Assembly: GCA_008369845.1 (NCBI GenBank)
Contig: MRSU01010752.1
Span: 1 to 48,857, forward strand
Direction: 5' to 3'
Length of the DNA: 48,857 bases
DNA from: Trichomonas gallinae
Lineage: Eukaryota
Made by a program: the position numbers and the translations under genes. Positions within the stretch are counted from its first letter, which is position 1; every line of letters begins with the position of its first letter. The notes beneath the pieces were generated by a model that searched no databases, was not told the origin of the DNA, and worked only from the letters and a program-made list of their open reading frames with translations. Positions 17,529-29,500 of this stretch are shown in pieces.

Positions 17529-20500
17529 ATGCTAAATTTCCATAAAAATACAAAAAAACGGACAAAAATGTCGCAGGAACTGAGGAATAGGCTTTACACT
17601 AAAAATAATACAACAAAAATACCAAAAGTCCTTAAGCCTAAGAATTCGAGACAACTTACACCGAGTGGTGTGAGTCTTTCTCTATCACAACCTGTTCCTA
17701 TTCCCAGATTATTAACAGAGCACGAAAAAACATCTCATGAGCAGACATTCCTCACTTCCCAACCAGTAACAGGCGATATACAATCAGAAACACCTACTTT
17801 AACAATACCATCTCCAACGAGATCAAATGCATTTACAAGACCGACGACAGGAATGCTACACATGAGTCCTTCGAAGCCAATACAACGAACTAAACCACCT
17901 ACTTTGATTCCGCTTGGATTTAAACCTTTATCTGAAATCCAAGAACCAACAAGACCGTCAAGCAGACAATCTAAATCTAAATCCGTGATGTTAATGGAGC
18001 CACCGGATGTAACAAAGAATCCGATTTTCCGTTTAAAGAAATCAAATCTCGAAGTTCAAATTCCTGAAGATTTAGAACGATTTAAACTCGACCCAATTTA
18101 TACACCAGATATAAGTGATGAATTATGGACAGATCCATCACTTATTTTCAATTACATTCGTTTAATCAGACAAAAACATTTTACAGAAGAATTTCTATAC
18201 TTCGTACCTACTCCAGAAACACCACACGAGCCTCAAAATGTCTATTTCCTACGATATATTCCTCCGGATCAAGTTGACAAAGATCATTATTATACTTTGT
18301 CAGCTGATGGAATTACATCATATTCGAAGGAAGCAAACAGCGAATTTATACCTATTGAACAATGGATAAGAGAATGTTCTCTATTTTTAAGAACAAAGCA
18401 ACTTGGATTTTTCAATCATTACGACAAATGGCGTTCTTTTTATTTGTTACACACAATCACACGCAATGCAAACATAAACAAGTCAAAACAACACGTGTCA
18501 GATAAATTATTTAATGGAGATACAATAATTAGAGAAGCTTTAATTGTTCATCAAAAGAACTGTCAACAAATTCTTAAATTGTCGCTTGTTGACGTTAAAT
18601 CAGCGCAAACACTAACATTGGATCAGTTTATCGAGAGACAGAGAGCGAATAAAGCAGCTGTCGCACAAGAAATTTCATCATTATTGCATCAAACAACTTC
18701 AAAAATTATTGCGTCATGCGATTTAACATATGAAAATGCTGGCGGATCAAAGGGCGAAGAAGAGACTTATAGGACAACTAAGAAAGACATCATGATCAAC
18801 GTCAAAGCTCCGAAGCCAAAGAAAATCGGCACAAATGACATGATGGTCTACACACAGCTTGCAACTCAGCGTTTTTGCTATAAAAGGTTGTCGAGATTCA
18901 TAAGATTATGCGATTATATTTTGATTAGGACACTTTATCAGTTCATTATTCAAAGCGCACAGCAGTTGTTAGATTTCTTGAAGCCTAGAATAGGATCAAC
19001 AGGAGGTGATAACACGAGACTGTCCACTCAAGTTATCATTCTAAACAATAAACTTGCTTTTTCACCAAACAAAGAACAAATGATCAGCGCAGTTCTTAGC
19101 ATTTGGGATGATTTGATTAATCTTGTATATTCCATTCCACTCTTCTCTTCCAATCAGTCTCTCCTTCAATACGCGCAAGCATTTCCATGGGAGAATCCTG
19201 CCATTCCACTTCCAACAATCATCAACAGAGATTCGCTCTACAAAAATCTGATTTCGCAGTTCACTGTCAGAATAGAAACCGCCTTCAGCGAAGGCGACGT
19301 GACATTGAACGAATACACGCACTTCCTCGAGAGTTATATCAGGAATACACAAGAGTTCAACATCGACAAGCTGCACAAACAAGATCCGCCTCCATCTTTC
19401 TACGCGGACTCTCTCGCGAACTACAAACAGGAAATCCACGAAATGGAGCAGATCAAACATTCAGTGCAGGTTAATATGTTGTTGATACTTCTCGGAACGT
19501 TCGCTGACAAGATCAAACCATCGCCCAGGAACTGCATGCAGTCATTGCACATCTTGATTCCAACAATCGCAGAACAGAAAGTCGAAGATCTCACTAAATT
19601 CGTCAACGAAGCTTTATCTACACTCAAACAAGATCCTGCAGAAATCCACTTCTTCGTCACTCAATTCGAGTTCAGGAAGAGAATGGTTTCGGAATTACCA
19701 TCAATACAAGCTAAATACAAAGACTACACTGCTTTCTACAATCTCATCGCGGCAAATCAGATTAATATCAGCGAAGAGAGCGGAATTGCTTACAGAGAGT
19801 TAGGCAATTTAATCACGCAATTGGAAGGCTGCCTGATTTCAATGAAGGAAGAAGAAGACGGAAAAATCAAGAAATGGTCTCCAGAAATTACAAAGCTTTT
19901 ACAGAAGCTTACAGACGATTTACTCGCTTTGCAACAAGATGCAAATAATGAAGTCCTCATGTCAGCTGAAACTTCCCCTGACATTGCTATTGAGAACGTT
20001 CAGAAACTCCAGGAGCGTCTAAAGGAGATGAAAGAGCGTGCAGAGCAGGTTCAGCACCACCAGCGCGTTCTTGGACTCAAGATGTCGCCAATCGACCAGC
20101 TCGATGAAGTCGATCAGAACATCAACCTCAAGACGATGCTCTGGGAATCATACAAGACGTGGAATGCGAGGGCGGCTGCTTTGTCGATGATGTCATTCAA
20201 GAAGATCAACAACGAAGAGTTGACCGAAGAGCTCCAGAACTATACAAGAATTACAGCACAGCTAAACAACGGTTTACCAGACCATCCGCTTGTCAAAATA
20301 TTCAGGAGAAGCGTTCAAGATTACAACGCAATTTTGCCTGTTATTATCGCACTCGCGAACGATCATCTCACGCCAAACCACTGGACAAAGATCAAAGAAA
20401 TCACCGGACTCAACTTCCAAGAGAAGACTCCAACATTACAATTCTTGTTCCAAAACAACATCGCTCAGCATGTCGACGCAATCGAGAGCATTTCCAACGA

Positions 20501-23500
20501 TGCTTCTCAGGAAGCTTCTCTCAGAAGGATGCTCGCGGAAATAATCATGCAGTGGGATCTCGTCGAATTCCCGATGGTTCCCCATCAGTACATCAAAGAT
20601 TTCTGGCTTGTCGGCAATCTCGACGATGTCATTGCTAAGCTGGATGAAAGCCAAGTCAAATTATCAACAATCAGATCATCAAGATATGTTGGCGCAATTA
20701 AACGCGAAGTTGATACTGTTTCGACAAACATGAACAACGTCGCGAAGTGTCTTGAATACATTACACAATTCCAGATTGCTTTCAACTCGCTTTACAAGAT
20801 ATTCAGGTCCAGCGACATCCAGCACGAACTCGCATCAGAAACTCGCGATTTATCTACATTGGAGCGTGAATACAAGAAATGGGGAACACATGCCAGAGAT
20901 TCTCCAAAGCCATATAAGTTGTTCACACAGCAAAAGGCTGTTCCACAGCTTGAAGAGTTTATTGAAGTTACGAACAAAGTCCAGAAGAAACTAGAAGAAT
21001 TTTTGCAGACAAAGAGAACAGGTTTCCCAAGATTTTACTTCTTGTCAAACGAAAATCTTATCAAGATTTTTGCAGAGTCAAGAAATCCGAAGGCAGTCAA
21101 TCCATTCCTTCCGAAGTTATTCGAAGGCATCTCTCTCCTCAATTTCAGCCAGAACGACCAAGATGTTCAATCTATGCAGTCAGCTGAAGGCGAAGTTGTC
21201 CCGTTAATCAAATGCAAGTTCCAGATCGGCGCCGTTGAAGTTGGCATGAGCTCAGTTGAGAAAGCAATGTACATGACGATGCATTCCATGGTTGCAGAAG
21301 GTCACAAGCAATACGACCAGCTAAAGAGAACCAAGTGGATCAACAGACACTGCGCACAAGTTATTTCGGTTGTATCTCAAATCAATTTTGCCGAAACAGT
21401 CGAAGAAATATTATCGCAGCAGAATCCATTACAAGGCCTTGAGAAATTCAGAGATCAGCAAGAATCACAGCTTAAAGAGCTTGCGGACTTAGTCAGAACT
21501 CCACTCGCTTCTGCAATGAGATCAGGTATTGTTGCCTTGATTACACTCGACGTACACTCAAGAGATATTGTTTCAGAATTAATCGACAGAAAAGTAACCT
21601 CAGTTAATGACTTCGAATGGTTAAAGAGACTTAGATATGTATGGGATGCAGCATCAAACAGAGTACAAGTACACCAAGGCACAAACTCGATTGACTACGG
21701 CTACGAGTATCTCGGAGCAACATCGAGACTCGTTGTTACACCTCTGACAGAAAGATGCTATTTGACACTTACAAGTGCAGCTCAGTATTATCTCGGTGGT
21801 TCTCCAGCTGGTCCAGCAGGTACTGGTAAGACAGAAACAGTTAAAGATCTTTCAAAGGCTGTTGGAAACTTTTGCGTTGTTTTCAACTGCTCAGATGCTG
21901 TCACAGTCATCCAAATGGAAGCCTTCTTCAGCGGTTTGGCTCAATCAGGTGCTTGGGCTTGTTTTGATGAATTCAACAGAATCAACAGCGAAGTTCTTTC
22001 AGTTATTGCTGAGCATGTTTATGCAGTTCAAGCTGCACAGGCTGCCGAATTACAGACATTTAATTTCTGTGGCCACACTATTCCTCTGAATCCACGCGCA
22101 AGTGTTTTCATCACAATGAACCCGGGCTACGCTGGAAGAACAGAACTACCAGATAACTTGAAGTCACTCTTCAGGCCAATATCAATGATGGTTCCTGATT
22201 ACGCAATGATCGCGGAAGTCGTTCTTTATTCAGAAGGTTTCCAGAACGCTAAACTTCTTGCAAACAAAGTTACTCAGCTCTACAAACTTTCAAGTGAAAT
22301 GCTCAGCCAGCAGAGCCACTACGATTTCGGCATGCGTGCACTCAAGTCTGTTCTTGTTATGGCTGGCGCGACAAAGAGAAGAACACCACAGTTATCAGAA
22401 GATATAATTTTGATCAGAGCCATGAGAGATTCAAATCTTTCAAAGCTTCTGATAGACGACACCAAGTTATTCGATGCAATCATTGGCGATCTCTTCCCAG
22501 GAGTAGAATTCGAAAACGAGGCGTTCACAGAAGTCACAGATGCCATCGAGAAAGCTGTCGATAATTTCGGCTTGCAACACTCAGAGTTTTTGACGAAGAA
22601 GACTCTGCAACTTTATCAAACAATCTTCATCAGACATGGTGTCATGCTCGTCGGCCCAACAGGTGGTGGCAAGACTACATCAAGGAATCTGCTCGCAGGA
22701 GCTCTCGACGTCATGGGAACCAAAGTTGACCAGAAAGAATTGAATCCTAAATCCGTCACTTTGACAGAACTTTACGGCGCATATAACTTGTCAACAGGCG
22801 ACTGGAAGAATGGATTGGTTGGAATCATGTTCACTCAATGCGCTGATGCACCAAAAGACATCATGCAGTGGATTATTTTCGATGGCCCAGTTGATGCTTT
22901 GTGGATTGAAAACATGAACACTGTACTCGATGACAACAAACTTCTTTCGCTTGCAAACTCAGACAGAATCAAGATGACAGATCAAATGCACATAATCTTC
23001 GAAGTCGGCGACCTCGCACAAGCTTCTCCAGCTACAGTTTCTCGTTGCGGTATGGTTTACTATCAGCCATCAGATCTAGGATGGAAGCCATTAGTTAATT
23101 CTTGGATCGCAATGAAGCCAGAAAATGTCAGACCAGCTCTCACTGAGTTATTCGAAAAAACATTCGATGCAGCTTTGGCTACACTCAGAGATCAATGCCA
23201 GACTGTTGTCAAACCAACTGTTTGGAACCTCGCTCAATCACTTTGCACGATTTTCGATATTATGGTTTACGAATCCAAATTCGAGCTTGAAACTCTCGGA
23301 GAAGACGTCGCTCCTAGGAAATGCGCACACTTATTCGCATTCGCGATGTGCTGGGCGTTCTCAGGAATCATTACAGATAACACACGCGGAGATTTCGACA
23401 CATTCCTTCGTGAAGCGTTCCAGAGACGAATCAATTATCCACCGAGAAGAATGTTGTTTGACTACAGCCTTGATATTCACACAGACACATTCACTGCTTG

Positions 23501-26500
23501 GGTTGATCAAGTTCCAGAAGCAGCTCCTAATTCAAGTGTTATTCCAACAAGTGACACTCTCAGGTTCTCTAACATGCTTCAATTGTTAATCAAGGCCAAG
23601 CGCCCTGTTTTGTTCCTTGGTGAAAGTGGTTGCGGAAAGACATCAATCATCCAGGAAACACTCAACAAGAACATCGAGTCATTATATTCGATCCAGTTCA
23701 CTTTGTCAGCACGAACATCAGCTGCACAGATCCAAGAGTTAATTGAGTCAAAGATGCAGTCTAAGAGAAAGAATTTATTCGGTCCACCAGAAGGTAAATC
23801 AGCAGTTTTACTTGTCGACGACTTTTCTATGCCACAGCCAGATGAATACTGGTCACAGCCTCCAATCGAAATATTAAGACAAGTCATCACTAGGAGAGGT
23901 ATGTACAACAGAGACGAATTATTCTGGCAGAACATTGCGGACATGACTGTTGTTGCCGCTGGTATAACACAAGGACATGTTTCAGATAGATTTATATCAC
24001 AGTTAACAATTCTTTCAATTCCAGCCCCATCCGATAATATTCTAGGCAAGATATTCGGCACAATTCTCAACAATTTCTTGAAGTCAGCAGATTTCGGTGA
24101 AAACATACAAAAACTCGCTGAAGATGTTGTTAAAACTTCCGTTATATTCTACAGAAAGGTCAAATCAGAGATGTTACCAACACCATCAAAGGCTCACTAC
24201 ACGTTTAACTTGAGAGATGTGAGCAGAGTGTTCAAAGGAATCTGCATGACAAATCCAATTTCATTGTTCGATATGCAGAGCTTCGTTAAGTTATGGTTCC
24301 ATGAAACAATGAGAGTTTACGGCGACAGATTGGTCGACAACAAAGACAGAGAACACATGCAGCAAATGATGTACGACATTGCCAAACAGAATTTGTACTT
24401 GAAGGAAGATATTGGACACTATTTCGGAGAATCTCCTCTTATGTGGACAGATATTCTCAAAGGATATGGCTACGAAGGCAAATTGAGCTACACAGAAGCA
24501 TTATCATTGCAACAAGTCACGAATGCTCTGGCTTCTTTCGCAGCTCCTTATCGATCCAATGTTGTTCTCTTCAAAGAAGCCATTCAACACGTCTTAAGAC
24601 TCGTAAGAGTTCTTAGGCAGCCGTACGGTCATGCTTTATTGGTTGGCATGGGATCAACAGGTAAGCGCACAATAGCAAGATTTGCTGCTCATGTCGCAAG
24701 AATGGATATTTTCGAGCCACAGCCAATGAAGGGCTATGATATTGTACAGTTCAGAAATGATCTTCGCGGCTTGTTCAAAACAGCTGGCGCACAAGACAAA
24801 CCAATCATGTTCTTGCTGACTGATGATCAAATCGTCAGCGAAACATTTTTGGAGGATATCAACAATGTTTTGAATACTGGTGAAGTCCCAGGCTTGTTCC
24901 AGACAGAAGAATACGATCAAATGGTCAATGACTTGATTCCTTTGATGAAGAAATTAGGTGAATCTCCAGCATATGATTCATTGTGCCGCAAATTCTCTTC
25001 GAACATTATGAAGAACTTACACGTTGTTCTAGCTTTGAGTCCAGTTGGTGGAAGGTTCAGAGACAGAGTCAGAATCTTCCCGTCATTAGTCTCATGCTGC
25101 ACAATCGACTGGTACGATTCATGGCCAGCTGAAGCATTGAATCACATTGCCAACGAATTCCTTGGAAAGATGGATCTTTCTAGTCACGGTGACGTCAAGA
25201 AGACAATTGCTGATTTGGTAACTTATGCACATACAGTTTGCCTTGATTACTCAGGAAAATTCCTGAGGGAACTCGGAAGAACTTACTATGTTACACCAGC
25301 TGTTTACATCGAGTTCTTCAACTTGTTCACATCGATGCTAGAAAAGAGAACAGCAGCTCTGATGCAAGAAAAGGAGCAGCTACAGAAAGGTGTCGAAAAG
25401 TTACAGGAAACAAATGAGAAAGTCCAAGAAATGGAAGCACAGCTCACAAGATTAAGACCACAACTACAAGAGAAAGCTATAAAGACAGAGCAACTCCTCG
25501 CAACATTACAAGTTGATCGTGAGAAAGTCAATGAAGTTCACAGAGTTATTTCAGCAGAAGAAGAAACAGTCAAGAAAGTTCAGCAAGAAGCATCAAGACT
25601 TGCACAAGAAGCTGAAGTTGATCTCGCAAAAGCTATGCCTTTCCTTGAGAACGCAAAAGCTGCTGTTGAGGATCTCAAGAACAGAAAGTCTGATCTTGCT
25701 GTTGTCAAATCTTTCGTCAAGCCTCCACAACTTGTCATTGAAGTTATGGAAGCTGTTTGTTTGATTCTCGGTGAAACGCCAGACTGGTCAACAGCCAAGA
25801 CTCTCTTAGCAGGTGCAAACTTCTTGTCAAGACTTCTCGATGTCAACAAGAATGCAATTCCAGAGCAAGTTTTGATGAAGATTAGAGTCATGGAAGCAGA
25901 TCCAAGATTTGAGATGAAGAAAGTAATAGCTGTCAGTGAATCCGCTGCCTGCTTATTCAAGTGGGTCACAGCCATAGAAAAGTATGTCACTGAGTACGCA
26001 AATGTCCGTCCTAAACAGATGAGACTTGACGCTGCCAAAGAAGCACAAGAAAAAGCAGAAGCAAATCTCGCAGTCAAACAAAAGCAACTTCAGGAAATCA
26101 CAGAAAAGCTGGCCAACTTGCAACAACAATACGATGACAGCAGACAAGAGCAGAAAGAATTAGCCAGAAACATCGAGCAATGCGAATACAGATTGAAGAA
26201 CGCCGAACAATTAACTACAGCTTTAGACAGCGAGAGAGTCAGATGGTCAGAAAGCTTAGTTGAATTATCAAAGCGAGAAAAATGTCTCTTAGGCGATACA
26301 ATTTTAATTGCAATTCATGTAGCATACATCGGACCATTCTCCTATCCATATAGACAAGCTATTCTACAGGAACTCATTGCGAAATTCAAGGAAATGAATG
26401 TTGCAATCACAGAGAGTTTCACTCTAGAAGGCGTCGCATCAACACCTGTTGAACTCAGAGAATGGCAGATCCAAGGATTACCGCAAGATTCTCTTTCGAA

Positions 26501-29500
26501 CCAAAATGGTGTCTTGGTGACATCGACAAGAAGATGGCCACTTATGATCGATCCACAGGGACAAGGAAGGAAGTGGATCATCGGACAAGGAAACATCAAG
26601 ATCATCAGAACAACGGAATCAAATTACGCGCAAGCAATCGAAAACGCTATAAGATTGGGCTCTTCAATTTTGGTCGAAGATATTACAGAGCAAATCGATG
26701 GAGGCCTTCAATTCATCTTGAATCCGAAGATGAAGAAACAAGGAGGAAGATCGTCAATAAGAATTGGTGACAAATGGGTTGATTACGATCCAAACTTCAA
26801 ACTCTTCATGACGACGAAATTGTCAAATCCACAGTTCCTTCCTGATGTATTCATCCAGCTTTCTGTCATCAACTTCTCTGTCACTCATGAAGGCTTAGAA
26901 GAGCAGCTTCTCTCAGATGTTGTCCTTCATGAAATGCCAGATCTTGAAAAGCAGCGCTCAGAACTCATCATTAACATATCAAAGAACCAGAAACAGCTTC
27001 AAGGCCTCATGCAGCAAATTTTGCACCTTTTGTTCACATCAACAGGCAACATTCTTGATAATGAGACATTAATCAAGACACTCCATGATGCCAAAGACAC
27101 AGCTAAATATGTTTCTGCTCGCTTAGTTGAAGCAGAGAAGACAGAAAAAGAAATTACAGAGAAAAGAGAAGTTTACAGAAGTGTTGCTACTCGTGGCTCA
27201 ATTTTGTACTTTGTTATTCTCGAGTTGCCAGGTATTGATAACATGTATCAGTATTCACTTGAGTTCTTCAAGAGAATATTCAAGAATGTTCTAGATTCTG
27301 CCCAACCAACAGAAGATTTCACAGGAAAATGCGACTACTTCATTTCCAAGATAACAACTTCAAGTTTCTTGAATGTTTCACGTGGTTTATTCGCAAATCA
27401 CAGGCTTGTATTTAGCTTCTTGATTGCAGCAGCGTTGCTCAGATCAACAGGAAAGATAACAGACGAAGAATGGAGACTATTCATTAGAGGACCGCCTACA
27501 GCTCCATTGGAAGTTTTCCCAGAGAAGCCAGAAAATGTTCCAGAGCGTGTTTGGCAGGGAATCTGCGATTTATCGCAAGCAAACGCTATGTATTCTGGAA
27601 TCCCACAGGAAGTTATATCCAACTACATAAAGTGGAAGCCTTTCTTAGAGGATGAAGACATGATTCCTCCAGAACCATTCAACAGTCTTTCTGCGTTTAC
27701 ACATCTAATCATGTGTCTTTGCATGTGCAAGAGAAAACTCTCTGCGATGGCAAGAATGCTCGTGCAAACAACATTAGGCGAAACATTCGTCTCCCAGACA
27801 ATTGCCGACCTTTCTGGTCCATTCGCAGACACTTCCAATGACACCCCATTGCTATTCATTCTCAGCCAAGGTGCTGATCCAAGAGATTCTCTCGAAAGGC
27901 TTGCAAAAACCAACGGAATGCAACAGAAGCTTTCGATTTTATCTCTCGGACAGGGAAGAGGCCCAACAGCAACCAATCTCATCCAGAACGCCAAAGTTGC
28001 AGGTGATTGGGTTTTCTTACAAAACTGCCACTTGTGTCCATCATTTTTGCCAAATCTTGAGCAACTAGTTCAAGAAATGTCAAGGACTTCTTCGAAGTAT
28101 AACCAGCAATTCAGGCTCTTCCTTTCTTCAATGCCAACTGACGTTTTCCCGATTTCCATCCTAAGAAACTCAGTGAAAGTAACAAGCGAACCTCCTCGCG
28201 GAATCAAATCGAATACAGCGAACTTGCTGCAAACTCTTTCATCCGAAGACTTCGAAAGATCGAAGCATCAGCGTCCATTCAAGAAGCTCGTCTATGCTCT
28301 TGCTTTGTTCCATTCAACAATCCAAGAAAGAAAGCAATACGGCGCCCTGGGCTTCAACAAAGTTTACGAATGGTCAACATCAGATTTCCAGATTGCTTCG
28401 ATGATGCTGAGGAACTTCGTAAGCGATTACGAATCTGTTCCATGGGGCGCTCTGCTTTCCACTGTCGGCGATGTCGTCTACGGAGGCAGAGTCACTGATG
28501 ATTGGGACAGAAGGTGCATGAATACAATGCTGAAGAGATTCATCTGCGAGGCAGCAACAATGGATGACATCTACTTTGATCCACTTGGACACTATCCTTC
28601 TCCTCCTCTTACAACACTCGAGAATACAATCGAGTTCACTAAAGGAATGCCTGACGTTGATATTCCAGACATCTTCGGTCTCCATTCTTCGGCACAGCAC
28701 ACTCTCGATTTGAGGCGTTCGCAGACTCTTCACGGCTTAGTTGTCTCAGTACAGCCTAAAGACAGTAACAGCGCAGCTGCATCGAAAGATGATGAAATTG
28801 TTCTCGATATGGCAGAAAAGTTCGATAACCAACTTCCACAAGAAATCAATTTGAAGAACGCTGACGAGGGCCTAATGGATTCTCTCAATCCTAAGGAAGG
28901 ACGACCGAATTCTTTGTCAGTTGTTTTGATGCAGGAAGTCGACAGGTTCAACAATTTGCTCAAATTGATACATGGAACACTTAAACAAGTTTCCCAAGCG
29001 ATCAAAGGTGAAGTTGTGATGACAGTCGACATACAGAAGACATACAGGTCTCTCCTTGAAGGAAAAGTTCCACACGAGTGGTCTTCGAAATCATATCCTT
29101 CAACGAAACCAATTCATTCTTGGTTCAAAGATTTGCTAGAAAAAGTTGCTTTTATACAGAAGTGGGTTTCTAAAGGTCAGCCAACTGCTTTCTGGTTCCC
29201 AGGATTCTTCTTCCCACAGTCATTCCTAACAGCCGTTCTCCAGAGCTACTCACGCAAGCACAAGGTTCCAATAGACGCATTATCCTTCAAGGCAGAAGTT
29301 GTCGAAAAGGATCCGGATACAATCGTTCAACCTCCTGAGGATGGCGTCTATATTTATGGCCTCTTCTTCGATGGCTGCAGATGGGAAACAGACGAGCAGT
29401 CACTTGCTGATGTTTCGCCAAATGTTGAATACTCAAAATGCCCAGTTTTGCATTTGCTGCCAACTGGTTCTGTTGTAGAAGAAACTAATGAAGAGTACAT

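Noticed and set aside
19062..29032. Numerous short ORFs nested in the dynein gene
   Set aside because: Alternative-frame and antisense artefacts.
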